Part shown: in pieces, positions 36,881 to 45,986 of the stretch
Position numbering within the stretch: the stretch's first letter is position 1
Layout: the number at the start of each line of letters is the position of its first letter
From: a virus
IMG/VR virus record: IMGVR_UViG_3300027996_000023
Coordinates: 6,910 to 70,909 of that record
Strand: one strand, 5' to 3'
Length of the DNA: 64,000 nt
The notes under the pieces: generated by a model
The model's database searches: none
Told to the model about the DNA's origin: nothing
Seen by the model: only the letters and a program-made list of their open reading frames with translations
Position numbers and translations under genes: made by a program

Positions 36881-37795
36881 ATGCAATTATCTATACTTGA
36901 ATGCTTGGAAGATTCTTGGAGGTATCAAGACAAGAATGTTATGATAGGACTAAGCGGAGGGATTAATTCTGCTGCTGTTCTGGTGTATCTTGTAAATTAC
37001 GTACCCAAGGATGAGTGGCCTGACGTTTTGCATTTGTACTATGCTCATTTTGAAGAGCATAGTCCAGATACTATGGATTTTGTATTGGCCTTGGTAAAGT
37101 ACGCTAAAGATCACTTTAAAAAGGTTGTCTTTGAGATGACTGAAAATAGTGTGAACAGATACTTTATTGATGCTGGTATGATTCCACATCCTACTCGGTC
37201 TACCTGTACTGGAATATTGAAAATCTTTCCTATGGCTGAGTATATGCATGACAATAAGATCGATGTAGATTTAGTGGGCTATGTTAGGGAGGATAAGAGT
37301 CGCATTAAGCGGCAGAAAAAATACATTGAGTCCAAGAAGAAAAACAGGACTGGCAAAGGGAAGGCTATGAAGAAAAAAGAGCACCCTATAGCCCATCTTA
37401 GCGATGAAGATTGTTTTTCCTTGGTTGAGAAGCATCTTGGTCCTGGTGTGGTGCCGGATATATATAAGATAAAATGGAATGACAAAAGGATTATTCCATT
37501 CTTGAAGTGCCATAAAGAATTTATACCCCAAGACCAATACAAAGTTGTAATGGCTTATGCTAGGGCTGGGTACAATATAAAAAAACACTCTTACAGGGTG
37601 TTTGACCATAATAATTGCTTGCCTTGTAAGAACATGCAAAGCTGGCAGCTATACATGGTAAAGCTTTTCTACCCTAAGAAATTTGAGAGGGCTATAGAAA
37701 CTGCCGAACAGTTAGGGCAGTTCTGGGGGAGAAATGCTGACGAAATGAGTAGAGCTGGACAGGACGCTTCTTGTTCTTTTTGCCAGATGGATTAA
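36881..37795 (+). CDS. PAPS reductase-like (PP-loop) protein 2
   Basis: IGLSGGINS, EEHSPDT, CTGILK, GYVREDKSR, FDHNNCLPCK; C-terminal CSFC. Confidence 0.75.
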   Translation: MQLSILECLEDSWRYQDKNVMIGLSGGINSAAVLVYLVNYVPKDEWPDVLHLYYAHFEEHSPDTMDFVLALVKYAKDHFKKVVFEMTENSVNRYFIDAGMIPHPTRSTCTGILKIFPMAEYMHDNKIDVDLVGYVREDKSRIKRQKKYIESKKKNRTGKGKAMKKKEHPIAHLSDEDCFSLVEKHLGPGVVPDIYKIKWNDKRIIPFLKCHKEFIPQDQYKVVMAYARAGYNIKKHSYRVFDHNNCLPCKNMQSWQLYMVKLFYPKKFERAIETAEQLGQFWGRNADEMSRAGQDASCSFCQMD

Positions 37796-37868
37796 CTAAA
37801 CATCAAGAGCTTGGTTAACTCTTGTTTCCACTTTAATAAGGATTTTTTAACCAAATAAATTTATAGTT

Positions 37869-38165
37869 ATGACTACGTACAACATAAAACTGGATGGGGA
37901 TACCCTAACAATTGGGTTTAACCCACAAAAACCAGCTACTAACGACACCATCGTAAAAGATGCTCTGTCTCAAATGTCTAATGTAGACTGTAGCGGATTG
38001 CCACTTTTGAAAATTTCTGGCCCTGCATCCTTGCCTGTTTCTATGGTTATTGCGCATAGCGTATGCCATATAGTGGGGGCAGTAGCTTGCTACGACCCTA
38101 AGCTTGGGAAGTTTGTGGTAGCCATTAGCCATAACCCTGATTACAAAGTAGGGGATTTGGTGTAA
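37869..38165 (+). CDS. csx3: Csx3/Crn3-family cyclic oligoadenylate ring nuclease
   Basis: 98 aa: IGF..PATNDTIVKDA...LLKISGPASLPVSMVIAH...AVACYDPKLGKFVVAISHNPDYKVGDLV matches the Csx3 pattern G(P/R)..P....H...AVYDP(K/R)L...VV..SH...Y..GD. Confidence 0.85.
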   Translation: MTTYNIKLDGDTLTIGFNPQKPATNDTIVKDALSQMSNVDCSGLPLLKISGPASLPVSMVIAHSVCHIVGAVACYDPKLGKFVVAISHNPDYKVGDLV

Positions 38166-38226
38166 TTGGCTTGGAGGGGTGCGCATTCCTAAAACGCACA
38201 TTTTTTAACACTTTAAAATTACAGTT

Positions 38227-38556
38227 ATGAATATCAAAATGTTTAAAAACGGTTGGAGAGAATACAATAAAATAAAGGAGGATAAAGACATGACTCCCCC
38301 TACTGATGTTTTAGTTATGTCAGATGGGCTTTTTATTACCTCTGAGGACAAAGAGGCAGTAAAAGAATACATTAACAAACTTCAAGCAAAGTACGAATGC
38401 TTTGCATCATCTCCTATTGCTGAAGAATATGCATGGTACCAGTCACTTCTTAGAGAGCGCAGCGCAGAAGGCGCATCGTATGAGTCCTTGGCATCTATTA
38501 ATGAACAGATTAGAAAGGTGCAGCAAGAAGCGGAAAAATTAGGGATAAAGCTGTGA
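38227..38556 (+). CDS. hypothetical protein
   Basis: 109 aa. Confidence 0.65.
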   Translation: MNIKMFKNGWREYNKIKEDKDMTPPTDVLVMSDGLFITSEDKEAVKEYINKLQAKYECFASSPIAEEYAWYQSLLRERSAEGASYESLASINEQIRKVQQEAEKLGIKL

Positions 38557-38996
38557 ATATCCTTAAAATATTAACTGTGCTCATGCTCCTACCCTTTTAC
38601 TCCATAGGGCAGAAGTATGAGCATGTTAAAAAATATATTGATAGGGTTATGCCCTATGCTGTTCTTGTGCAGCAAAAATACAATGTTCCGATTTGCATTA
38701 CTATTGGGGTGGCTGCTATGGAATCTGGATGGGGAAGATCTAATGTATCCAAGGTTCATTGCAACCATTTAGGACTAAAAGGGTCAAAAGGTTACATGAG
38801 CTTTGGCTCGGATAAGGAAGGATTTTTGTATTTTGGTAGACTACTTGGTAATAGTAGAAGATACAAAGGGCTACAGTACATAAGGGACTACAAGACATAT
38901 TGTATCGAATTGTCTTGTCTTGGATATAACAAACGGGAGGAATATGCTCCTGGCTTAATTCAACTGATCGACCAGTTTAACCTCAACGAATTATGA
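38553..38996 (+). CDS. GH73/FlgJ-like glucosaminidase with signal peptide
   Basis: KYNVPICITIGVAAMESGWGRS...CNHLGLKG...RYKGL...GY; hydrophobic N-terminus. Confidence 0.8.
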   Translation: MNILKILTVLMLLPFYSIGQKYEHVKKYIDRVMPYAVLVQQKYNVPICITIGVAAMESGWGRSNVSKVHCNHLGLKGSKGYMSFGSDKEGFLYFGRLLGNSRRYKGLQYIRDYKTYCIELSCLGYNKREEYAPGLIQLIDQFNLNEL

Positions 38997-40132
38997 AAAA
39001 AATAGTTCTCAGCTTATTTAACGGGATGAATTGCATAGGATGCGCTCTTGATAGAATTGGCATTGATGCAATTATTTATGGTAGCGAGATAGATAAGTTT
39101 GCTACCCAAGTTTCAGATGCCCTGTTTCCTGATACTGTAAATTTGGGGGATGTTAGATCGGTTATACCTGCTATGGAGTTGGAGTTGTTGTCTGGGAATA
39201 TAGACACTATAGACATTATTGCTGCTGGTTCTCCCTGCCAAGGGTTTTCTTTTGCTGGCAAGCAATTGAATTTTGAGGACGAGAGAAGTATCTTATTTTT
39301 TGAGTTTATAAAGATACTTGAGTGGTGCCGGGTTAAAGTGAACCCTAATGTCAAGTTTCTTTTGGAAAACGTTTCCATGAAAAAAGAGCACCAAGACATT
39401 ATTACTCGCTTGGTAGGAATCGAACCTATTGTGATAAACTCTAACCTTGTTAGTGCTCAAAACCGCAAGAGGTTGTACTGGACTAACATAGGTGCCACCT
39501 CAGCTAATTTGTTTGGAGTTTTAGAACCAGGTATAAGACAACCTAAGGATCTGGGAATAACTCTCCAAGACATTCTCCAAAGCAATGTGGATAAAAAGTA
39601 TTATTTAAGCCTAAAAGGTATTGACTTCATAACTAAACCTATGAGGTTGGCTAAAAAATACACTGCCATTAATGGGAAAAAGAGTTTGACCTTAACAGCT
39701 AATGGTCAGAAAAACTGGACAGGAACTTTTATAAGTGACAGGAAAGGTAATGTAAAAAACAACCAAAACAAGGCTTCGTGCCTAACGGTTGGGGGCAATG
39801 GCAATGGCAATCATAGTGACATGGATGTTATTGTTTTTATTCAACAAAAAGCCAGAGGGTTTAACAAAGGAGGAGAGCATTCAGAAAAAGCTCCTACGCT
39901 AACCTCAAACTCTTGGCAGCAAAACAATCATCTACATTTCGCTGACACAATCCGAAGGTTGACTCCAAGGGAATGTGGAAGGCTGCAAACTTTTACTGAA
40001 GAAGAGCTGGATGTTATACTCAATTGTGGAGTAAGCGATAGTCAGCTATATAAAATGTTCGGAAACGGATGGACTGTTTCTGTTATTTCTTGGATATTAA
40101 CACACTTGCTATGGACAACAGAAAGAAAGTAA
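38993..40132 (+). CDS. DNA (cytosine-5)-methyltransferase
   Basis: LSLFNG (I), GSPCQGFS (IV), LLENV (VI), QNRKRLYW (VIII), RRLTPRECGRLQ (IX), GNGW (X). Confidence 0.93.
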   Translation: MKKIVLSLFNGMNCIGCALDRIGIDAIIYGSEIDKFATQVSDALFPDTVNLGDVRSVIPAMELELLSGNIDTIDIIAAGSPCQGFSFAGKQLNFEDERSILFFEFIKILEWCRVKVNPNVKFLLENVSMKKEHQDIITRLVGIEPIVINSNLVSAQNRKRLYWTNIGATSANLFGVLEPGIRQPKDLGITLQDILQSNVDKKYYLSLKGIDFITKPMRLAKKYTAINGKKSLTLTANGQKNWTGTFISDRKGNVKNNQNKASCLTVGGNGNGNHSDMDVIVFIQQKARGFNKGGEHSEKAPTLTSNSWQQNNHLHFADTIRRLTPRECGRLQTFTEEELDVILNCGVSDSQLYKMFGNGWTVSVISWILTHLLWTTERK

Positions 40133-40416
40133 ACGACTTAATTAGTAGGGCTTGGAATGCTCTACAGGAGATTGGTTTTGTGGAAAAGACAGATCTTGAC
40201 GAGGGTTTTGAATTACTTGCGAGAGGCAGGTTCCGGATTATGATTTCTAAACAGAACAAATCTGGGAAAACTACAGATGTGTACCTAAATAACTGGATAA
40301 CGTTTATTCGGTACGCTGTACATAAAGCCAAGTTTGAACCCGGCATTTGGGATTACAAGATGAAAAGGATTTATCACAAAAAATGTATTCACACAATAGT
40401 CTATGAAAGAAACTGA
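40111..40416 (+). CDS. hypothetical protein
   Basis: Start at MDNRKK. Confidence 0.55.
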   Translation: MDNRKKVNDLISRAWNALQEIGFVEKTDLDEGFELLARGRFRIMISKQNKSGKTTDVYLNNWITFIRYAVHKAKFEPGIWDYKMKRIYHKKCIHTIVYERN

Positions 40417-40810
40417 ATCGCTATCTCTTATGAGTCAATTTCAGTTTAGTCCCGATGGTAACGTAGAAGTTATGATTAATCTGGGTATAAATGGCTCGTA
40501 CATTAAACTTATGTTTTACTTCAGAAAGGACGAGGAGGGTTTTCTTCTCTGCGACTACTACAAAGAATTTCTCCCTGGAGAACTAGGAAGAAAAGTTCAA
40601 ACTATAATTAAGGTGGATGTTCGCAAGCTTGTAGATAATAGCAGCATAGGTGTTGCCATTGACGAGGCTTGGATGGGGCACTATAGAGATGAAGTCCTAG
40701 CCAAGCAGATAGCTGCAAAAGAAGAAGATCTGGCAAGGCTCTGGGGTCTTAGAAAGCAGATGACTCCTTCGTATAAAATTATTAAACAAGCCCCAACGGC
40801 CGAAAAATAA
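40403..40810 (+). CDS. hypothetical protein ending QAPTAEK
   Basis: 135 aa. Confidence 0.65.
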   Translation: MKETESLSLMSQFQFSPDGNVEVMINLGINGSYIKLMFYFRKDEEGFLLCDYYKEFLPGELGRKVQTIIKVDVRKLVDNSSIGVAIDEAWMGHYRDEVLAKQIAAKEEDLARLWGLRKQMTPSYKIIKQAPTAEK

Positions 40811-40816
40811 ATAAGG

Positions 40817-41299
40817 ATGAAATCAAAAATTTTAGAACTCCTAGCCACTAAAGAGGGCAAAAATATTGTCCTAGCTTTGGAGTTGGCCAAGGGGCAAAAG
40901 ATTGAGTTAGGGGCATTGGATTTATCTTTTGCAAACCTAAAAGGGGCTAACCTAAAAGGGGCTAACCTTATCGGGGCTAACCTTAGAGGTGCTGACCTAG
41001 AAGGGGCTAACCTTATCGGGGCTGACCTAGAAGGGGCTGACCTTATCGGGGCTGACCTTAGAGGTGCTGAACTTAGAGGGGCTAACCTAGTAGGGGCTAA
41101 CCTTAGAGGGGCTAACCTAGTAGGGGCTAACCTTAGAGGGGCTAACCTTAGAGGGGCTAACCTATTCTTAGCTGACCTCAAAGGGGCTGACCTAGAAGGG
41201 GCTAACCTTGAAGGAGCTAACCTTAAAGGCGCTGATCTTAGAGGTACAATTTTAGAAGGTTTAAAAATAAACCAAGCCCCAACGGGCGAAAAAAAATAA
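40817..41299 (+). CDS. pentapeptide repeat protein
   Basis: About 20 A(N/D)LxG repeats; ends QAPTGEKK. Confidence 0.93.
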   Translation: MKSKILELLATKEGKNIVLALELAKGQKIELGALDLSFANLKGANLKGANLIGANLRGADLEGANLIGADLEGADLIGADLRGAELRGANLVGANLRGANLVGANLRGANLRGANLFLADLKGADLEGANLEGANLKGADLRGTILEGLKINQAPTGEKK

Positions 41300-41302
41300 A
41301 TC

Positions 41303-41488
41303 ATGAATCCAAAAAATATGACTAGGGTAATTGTTCAGATAGGGCAATTTGTAGATTTTGCTTTCTACAAAGACGGTTTATACAAAATAGGGAAAGACTA
41401 CTATAAACCTAGTCAAATAAATAGTTGGGCTAGTATTAGCCAACTAAAACAATTTTTAACCCATGCCCCAACGGCCGAAAAAAAATAA
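41303..41488 (+). CDS. hypothetical protein ending HAPTAEKK
   Basis: 61 aa. Confidence 0.6.
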   Translation: MNPKNMTRVIVQIGQFVDFAFYKDGLYKIGKDYYKPSQINSWASISQLKQFLTHAPTAEKK

Positions 41489-41491
41489 GAG

Positions 41492-41725
41492 ATGGATTTT
41501 AAAAAACTAGAGATTAGCCCCAACAAAATTAGTTGGGAAACCAACAGCAATTTTATTGTGTATCAAACAGAAGTTTTAAATCACGGGGAATATGTATCCG
41601 TACTAAAAAAAACCCTTATACATGGGGAAATCAAAAGTGTTGATTTAGTCCATATTCCAAATGCACTACTAGACAAAATAAAATTTTTAAACCAAGCCCC
41701 AACGGGCGAAAAAAATAATTATTAG
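41492..41725 (+). CDS. hypothetical protein ending QAPTGEKNNY
   Basis: 77 aa. Confidence 0.6.
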   Translation: MDFKKLEISPNKISWETNSNFIVYQTEVLNHGEYVSVLKKTLIHGEIKSVDLVHIPNALLDKIKFLNQAPTGEKNNY

Positions 41726-41827
41726 AAGGGTTATTAGAAGGGTTATTAGAAAAAGCTCTAACGGGCTAAAAATAGACGAAAACCAATTTTAGAAGGAACT
41801 ATTAAGTAGCTTGATTCACACAAGCAG

Positions 41828-41866
41828 AAAAAACTCGCAACGATTATTCGCTGCGAGTTTTTTTTT
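41828..41866. terminator. bidirectional intrinsic terminator between convergent operons
   Basis: A6-CTCGCAACGA-TTAT-TCGCTGCGAG-T9. Confidence 0.85.
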
Positions 41867-41871
41867 ATTTA

Positions 41872-42768
41872 CTAAAACGGTAGGTCATCTGCCATATTAA
41901 CCTCTTCTTTGTATGTTCCATCCTCTTTTAATAGGAATGCTTTGTCTCCAAGGCCGTTAAGGTAGCCCTGTAAATTACTTATCAAGAGCAGCTTTGTGTC
42001 AAAGTCTGGAATATCCGACACTATTCTCCTGGCTATCAATCCCCAGTTATCAATAACAGATTTCTCTGTTTTGTAAGTATTTTTTACCCCCTCAAGTATT
42101 TGGTCCGATTTGCTCATTTCCTTTTTGGGAGCATTAGAAGTATTAGAAGCGTTATCACCTATCACTTGAGCTGAAGTCCATTTCTGTCCTGTGAATATTT
42201 CGTAGATGTTGTGAATTTCGTTTTCAAAAAACTCATCTCTCTCAGATCGATCATAGGAATACTCTTGTATTCCCATTGCGTCCTTTTTGGTGGGAGTTTT
42301 TATTGTAGCAGGTACAGATTGAAAATCCTTTGTTTCTGGATTCCACCCATACTTCCACTTAATCAGGTAGTCTTTTGTTTCCCCTCCATTGTATAGGAAA
42401 ATCTTTAAGTACCCATCCTTCTCCCATACAGACACTTTAATAGTATGTGGGTTTTCTACAGACGAAAGTGAGTTAATTAGCTGGTCAGTGTTTCTGTTGT
42501 CCCTTCTGAGGGATAGTATCATTTCTTGCGGATCTGAGTCTGGGTCAAAAAATGTAATTTCATAAGACCAGTAGGCTCTCCACTTGTGGTGAGGCTGTGG
42601 CTTATTTAGTTTTTTGACTATGTTGGTGATTTGGCCGGACACGGCTCCTATAAAATGTTTTGTTCCGGACTTTGTGTAGCACAAGCCTTTTTTTTTGTCC
42701 TTGTCTGAAGGATCTGTGATCTGGAGATACATTCTCTTCCCTCCTTCTTTTAGTGGTTCTAATCCCAT
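41872..42768 (-). CDS. putative single-stranded DNA-binding protein
   Basis: C-terminal DDLPF SSB-type tail; beta-rich N-terminus; at the end of the replication operon. Confidence 0.55.
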   Translation of the reverse strand: MGLEPLKEGGKRMYLQITDPSDKDKKKGLCYTKSGTKHFIGAVSGQITNIVKKLNKPQPHHKWRAYWSYEITFFDPDSDPQEMILSLRRDNRNTDQLINSLSSVENPHTIKVSVWEKDGYLKIFLYNGGETKDYLIKWKYGWNPETKDFQSVPATIKTPTKKDAMGIQEYSYDRSERDEFFENEIHNIYEIFTGQKWTSAQVIGDNASNTSNAPKKEMSKSDQILEGVKNTYKTEKSVIDNWGLIARRIVSDIPDFDTKLLLISNLQGYLNGLGDKAFLLKEDGTYKEEVNMADDLPF

Positions 42769-43154
42769 TATTTATCAGTTTTTTGTATGCTTGGTAGCAT
42801 GTGAATTAATATATATAGTGCTTTTGTTATTTCTCTGAAATTGGGGGATAGGGAATAGTAGACGTATCTTTTGTTCATCCCATCTCTCTTTTTAATCAGG
42901 ATGCCAAGCTTAGTTAGCCTCCCTAGTGAGATCGATACGTGTGGCTGTACATAGCCATAAGTATCAACCAAGTGTGCGTTTAGGTCTGAGCACCAGAGAA
43001 AATCGTTTCCTCTTAGTCGCTCTTTACAGAAATGCTTTATCATCGATTGGTTTATTTTTGGTCCAAAAGCTGCGAATAGGTGCTTGAACTTCCCCATATC
43101 ATCCTCTTTCATATCCCTTACCGACCTTAGTCGGTTTGCATAGTTATCATCCAT
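42768..43154 (-). CDS. ArsR-like winged-helix protein
   Basis: QPHVSISLGRLTKLGILIKKRDGMNKRYVYYSL. Confidence 0.65.
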   Translation of the reverse strand: MDDNYANRLRSVRDMKEDDMGKFKHLFAAFGPKINQSMIKHFCKERLRGNDFLWCSDLNAHLVDTYGYVQPHVSISLGRLTKLGILIKKRDGMNKRYVYYSLSPNFREITKALYILIHMLPSIQKTDK

Positions 43155-43488
43155 TTTTTATTGTTTCTATAATTGATAATAAAGTTTGTCTTGTGGAAAG
43201 AAGTCTATCTCTTAATGATTGAGCATAATCCTCAAGCTCTTTGTTGTCTTTAGCCCAATAGTAACCTTTATTGGATGCGCAGATAGGCTTCTTTTCAAAT
43301 CTTAAATAGGCAATCATTTTTCTGATCCTTGCACCCGTTACTGTAGTGTTGAATCTTTCGCCAATGTTATTGGCAAGCTGAGAGCTAGGGATTGAATTTT
43401 CCTTGCCCACATAGTTTATCAACATGTCGTTGAGAAGGGTAGCCCATTTTTTTTCCTCTTGACTTAATGGCTCTAATTGGCTCATCAC
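43147..43488 (-). CDS. winged-helix DNA-binding protein
   Basis: GKENSIPSSQL...TGARIRKMIAYLR...PICASNKGYY. Confidence 0.65.
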   Translation of the reverse strand: MMSQLEPLSQEEKKWATLLNDMLINYVGKENSIPSSQLANNIGERFNTTVTGARIRKMIAYLRFEKKPICASNKGYYWAKDNKELEDYAQSLRDRLLSTRQTLLSIIETIKNG

Positions 43489-43694
43489 TTTTTTCTAGTT
43501 AAAAAATACCACTTCAATTTTGCATCTGATATTATGTCAGATATTGAATTGGCCAAGGACAATGATAAAATACATAGTGCAGCACCCTCTATAAAGGGGT
43601 TTGCAAAAATGTCTATATCGTAGACCTCTTTTATGTGTATCAGCAAATAGTTTACACCTCCCACTACTGCTGCTGATAATATATTTATTATCAT
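43485..43694 (-). CDS. small two-TM membrane protein
   Basis: 69 aa, hydrophobic; ATGA overlaps on both sides. Confidence 0.5.
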   Translation of the reverse strand: MIINILSAAVVGGVNYLLIHIKEVYDIDIFANPFIEGAALCILSLSLANSISDIISDAKLKWYFLTRKK

Positions 43695-45064
43695 AGCTCA
43701 GGCATGTTGTACTTTTTCTGGCATTCAGAAAAAAGCCTTGCAGCCTCCGCTTTATCAACTTGCCCCAAGGCATCTACATGGGATAAAAATTTCATGTATT
43801 CATTTTCTTTGCCTTTTGGTGTGATGGCAACATTGTATTTATTTGCATGTCGGCTAATCGCAGACTTTATCTGCGATACTGTTTTATATTCCCCTGAATA
43901 CGGAACAAGAACTGTATCAGTTGTTCCCGATTGTTCCGCATAGCCTTTAGTGTATTCCACACTGTTCCGACTTTCGGAAGTTTTGTTCCACTTTCGTTCC
44001 CGATCATTTCTGGAACTTTTGTTAAATGCTTGAGCATTATCTGTTCCGCTAAGTTTGTTAAACAAACTGTTCTGTTTTTTCAAGGACTCTGCCTTATCTG
44101 ATGCAGATATTCCTGTGTTCAGAACAGTTTGTACAAACTTTATGAACATGAATAGGACAGTGCCTACTATGCCCAGCCAACGTAAAATGGATATACTCAA
44201 TTCCATTTTTCTGTCAAACATGCCTTGCAGTCGATCAGTTTCCTGCATGCTCGCAATTTCCATCCTGGAGGATGATGATTGAGCGAGAGAGATTGAATGC
44301 TCTTTGTCTCTCTGAACTCTATCGTATTTTTTTTCATATGCATCCACCTTAGATGCAGAGTCTTTTTTTGCTCTTTCCACCCTAGATATGAACTTATTTC
44401 TACTGTACATTGGGTGCGAATATTTCTTTTTCGCTGCAATCACAAGCTTTGCCCCTTTGTCTTGCAGCTTTTTAAGTTCTTTTTTATCGGCATATTCCGC
44501 CTTCTCTAAGTCTTTGTCATAAGACTCGATTATTTTCTGGAGAGTTAAGTGAGCTTGAAAAGCTTTTGATAAGTCTTGTTTTGTCGAGTCCTGTGTATTG
44601 GTTAGACTCATCATTACTGGCACCTCCGCAGCACTGTACGAAAATGCTATTGATATAGCGGCCACTGCCATAGCGATAACAAAGAGAGAAACACCTGCCA
44701 GCCTCATCCACCCATTGCCGGGTGCCTTTTTGTCTTTTTTGAACCTACCTTGGACCCAAAACCTAGCCCATAAAGGGAAGGTCACTCCTAGGAAAACGTC
44801 AAAAATGACGAAGAGAAACACCACTGCCATGATGCTCAAAAAGGAAGCTATGGCCAAGGGAAGAATGCCCTTGAAGATTGAGTAGGAGAGAAGATAAGTG
44901 TAACCCGTACTCGTTAACCCTCCTATCAATAAACATCCTCTTGATGCAATATTGGCAATGGTATTAAACTCTTCTAAACCATCTGCACTTTTGGGACTAC
45001 TGAAACTAATATCCCATAATTTCTTTAAACCCTTGAAGGGGCTTATTATAGTTGTCATATCCAT
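43691..45064 (-). CDS. multi-TM membrane protein with coiled coil
   Basis: About 4 TM segments; start moved to ATG 45064 because the TTG at 45103 lies inside a promoter. Confidence 0.65.
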   Translation of the reverse strand: MDMTTIISPFKGLKKLWDISFSSPKSADGLEEFNTIANIASRGCLLIGGLTSTGYTYLLSYSIFKGILPLAIASFLSIMAVVFLFVIFDVFLGVTFPLWARFWVQGRFKKDKKAPGNGWMRLAGVSLFVIAMAVAAISIAFSYSAAEVPVMMSLTNTQDSTKQDLSKAFQAHLTLQKIIESYDKDLEKAEYADKKELKKLQDKGAKLVIAAKKKYSHPMYSRNKFISRVERAKKDSASKVDAYEKKYDRVQRDKEHSISLAQSSSSRMEIASMQETDRLQGMFDRKMELSISILRWLGIVGTVLFMFIKFVQTVLNTGISASDKAESLKKQNSLFNKLSGTDNAQAFNKSSRNDRERKWNKTSESRNSVEYTKGYAEQSGTTDTVLVPYSGEYKTVSQIKSAISRHANKYNVAITPKGKENEYMKFLSHVDALGQVDKAEAARLFSECQKKYNMPEL

Positions 45065-45092
45065 TTTTATCCATTTTAAACTGTAACTATTA

Positions 45093-45123
45093 CAAATATA
45101 CAAAACTTTTATTAAAAAACAAG
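45093..45123 (-). promoter_or_regulatory. Bacteroidota-type promoter
   Basis: Minus strand CTTG-N19-TATATTTG. Confidence 0.7.
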
Positions 45124-45139
45124 TATAACTGTCGTATAT

Positions 45140-45913
45140 CTACTCTCTTCGGCCATTTTGCTTCTCATAGGCAAACTTGGCTGTGTTTACTAGCATTTGA
45201 GAATACTTCTTCATTATACCCTCATCCATTATTTTTAGAATATCCTCTGGATTATCGTAGAAGCCAAACTCTGGGAGTATCGCTGGGCACCAAGTTTTTG
45301 AGATCATGGTAAAGTCCTTCTCTCTATCAGGGTCACCATCTTGAAGGCTATTGCGCATCCTCATAGGCAGTACTCTAATTTGGTTGTATAAGTGAGTGGC
45401 ATACTGGTCGCTTGCCGTTTCTCCTCTTGTTGTGTAAACCTCAAACCCTGTTGCTTTATGAGAGGAAGAAGCGTTTGAATGCAACTCTAAAAGAAGGACT
45501 ATTGGGTTTTCCTCTTTGTGTATATGGTTTATCTTAGCTACTTGTTTGGAGAGTTTTTTGTCCTCCCATGCATGATGTATTTTAACGCAAGGGATATTTA
45601 TGGTCCAAAGACCTTCGTACACAAGGTGTGCAATTCTCCTGTTCCATACTCCTTCGTAGAAAACCTTCTGGCCACCTGCATTTACGTCATGTAAATCTAT
45701 TGGCAGTGATAAAGGAAAGGCAAACTGCTTACCTCTCGTTGTGTATTTATTCGTATGTGGATCAATACCTCCATGACCTGCCCTAATAGCTATTATTGGC
45801 TCCCCCTCGCTTATTATCCTTCTAGAGTCGGATAGTTTGCTTTCTTCTAGGATTTTATTCATTGTCAACAGGGCTTCGCCTAAAAGTTGCTGTATTCTTT
45901 TTAATCCTTCCAT
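45140..45913 (-). CDS. N-acetylmuramoyl-L-alanine amidase (Amidase_3), probable endolysin
   Basis: AGHGG, EGVWN, ELHSNA, GFEVYT, PAILPEFGFYDN. Confidence 0.9.
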   Translation of the reverse strand: MEGLKRIQQLLGEALLTMNKILEESKLSDSRRIISEGEPIIAIRAGHGGIDPHTNKYTTRGKQFAFPLSLPIDLHDVNAGGQKVFYEGVWNRRIAHLVYEGLWTINIPCVKIHHAWEDKKLSKQVAKINHIHKEENPIVLLLELHSNASSSHKATGFEVYTTRGETASDQYATHLYNQIRVLPMRMRNSLQDGDPDREKDFTMISKTWCPAILPEFGFYDNPEDILKIMDEGIMKKYSQMLVNTAKFAYEKQNGRRE

Positions 45914-45986
45914 AATTTTTTGTTGTTGTTTTAATTAACTATATTTACAATCTGTCCTTATCCAGGGTCACATAACTGTAATTTCC

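Larger units (their letters stand above)
40787..41771 (+). repeat. five copies of GCCCCAACGG(C/G)CGAAAAA at gene ends
   Basis: Copies at 40787, 41273, 41462 and 41693, plus a degenerate copy at 41753; TTATTAGAAGGG tandem at ~41719-41750. Confidence 0.85.

Noticed and set aside
40681-41304. 207-aa minus-strand RLAP-repeat ORF
   Set aside because: Antisense reading of the pentapeptide repeat gene
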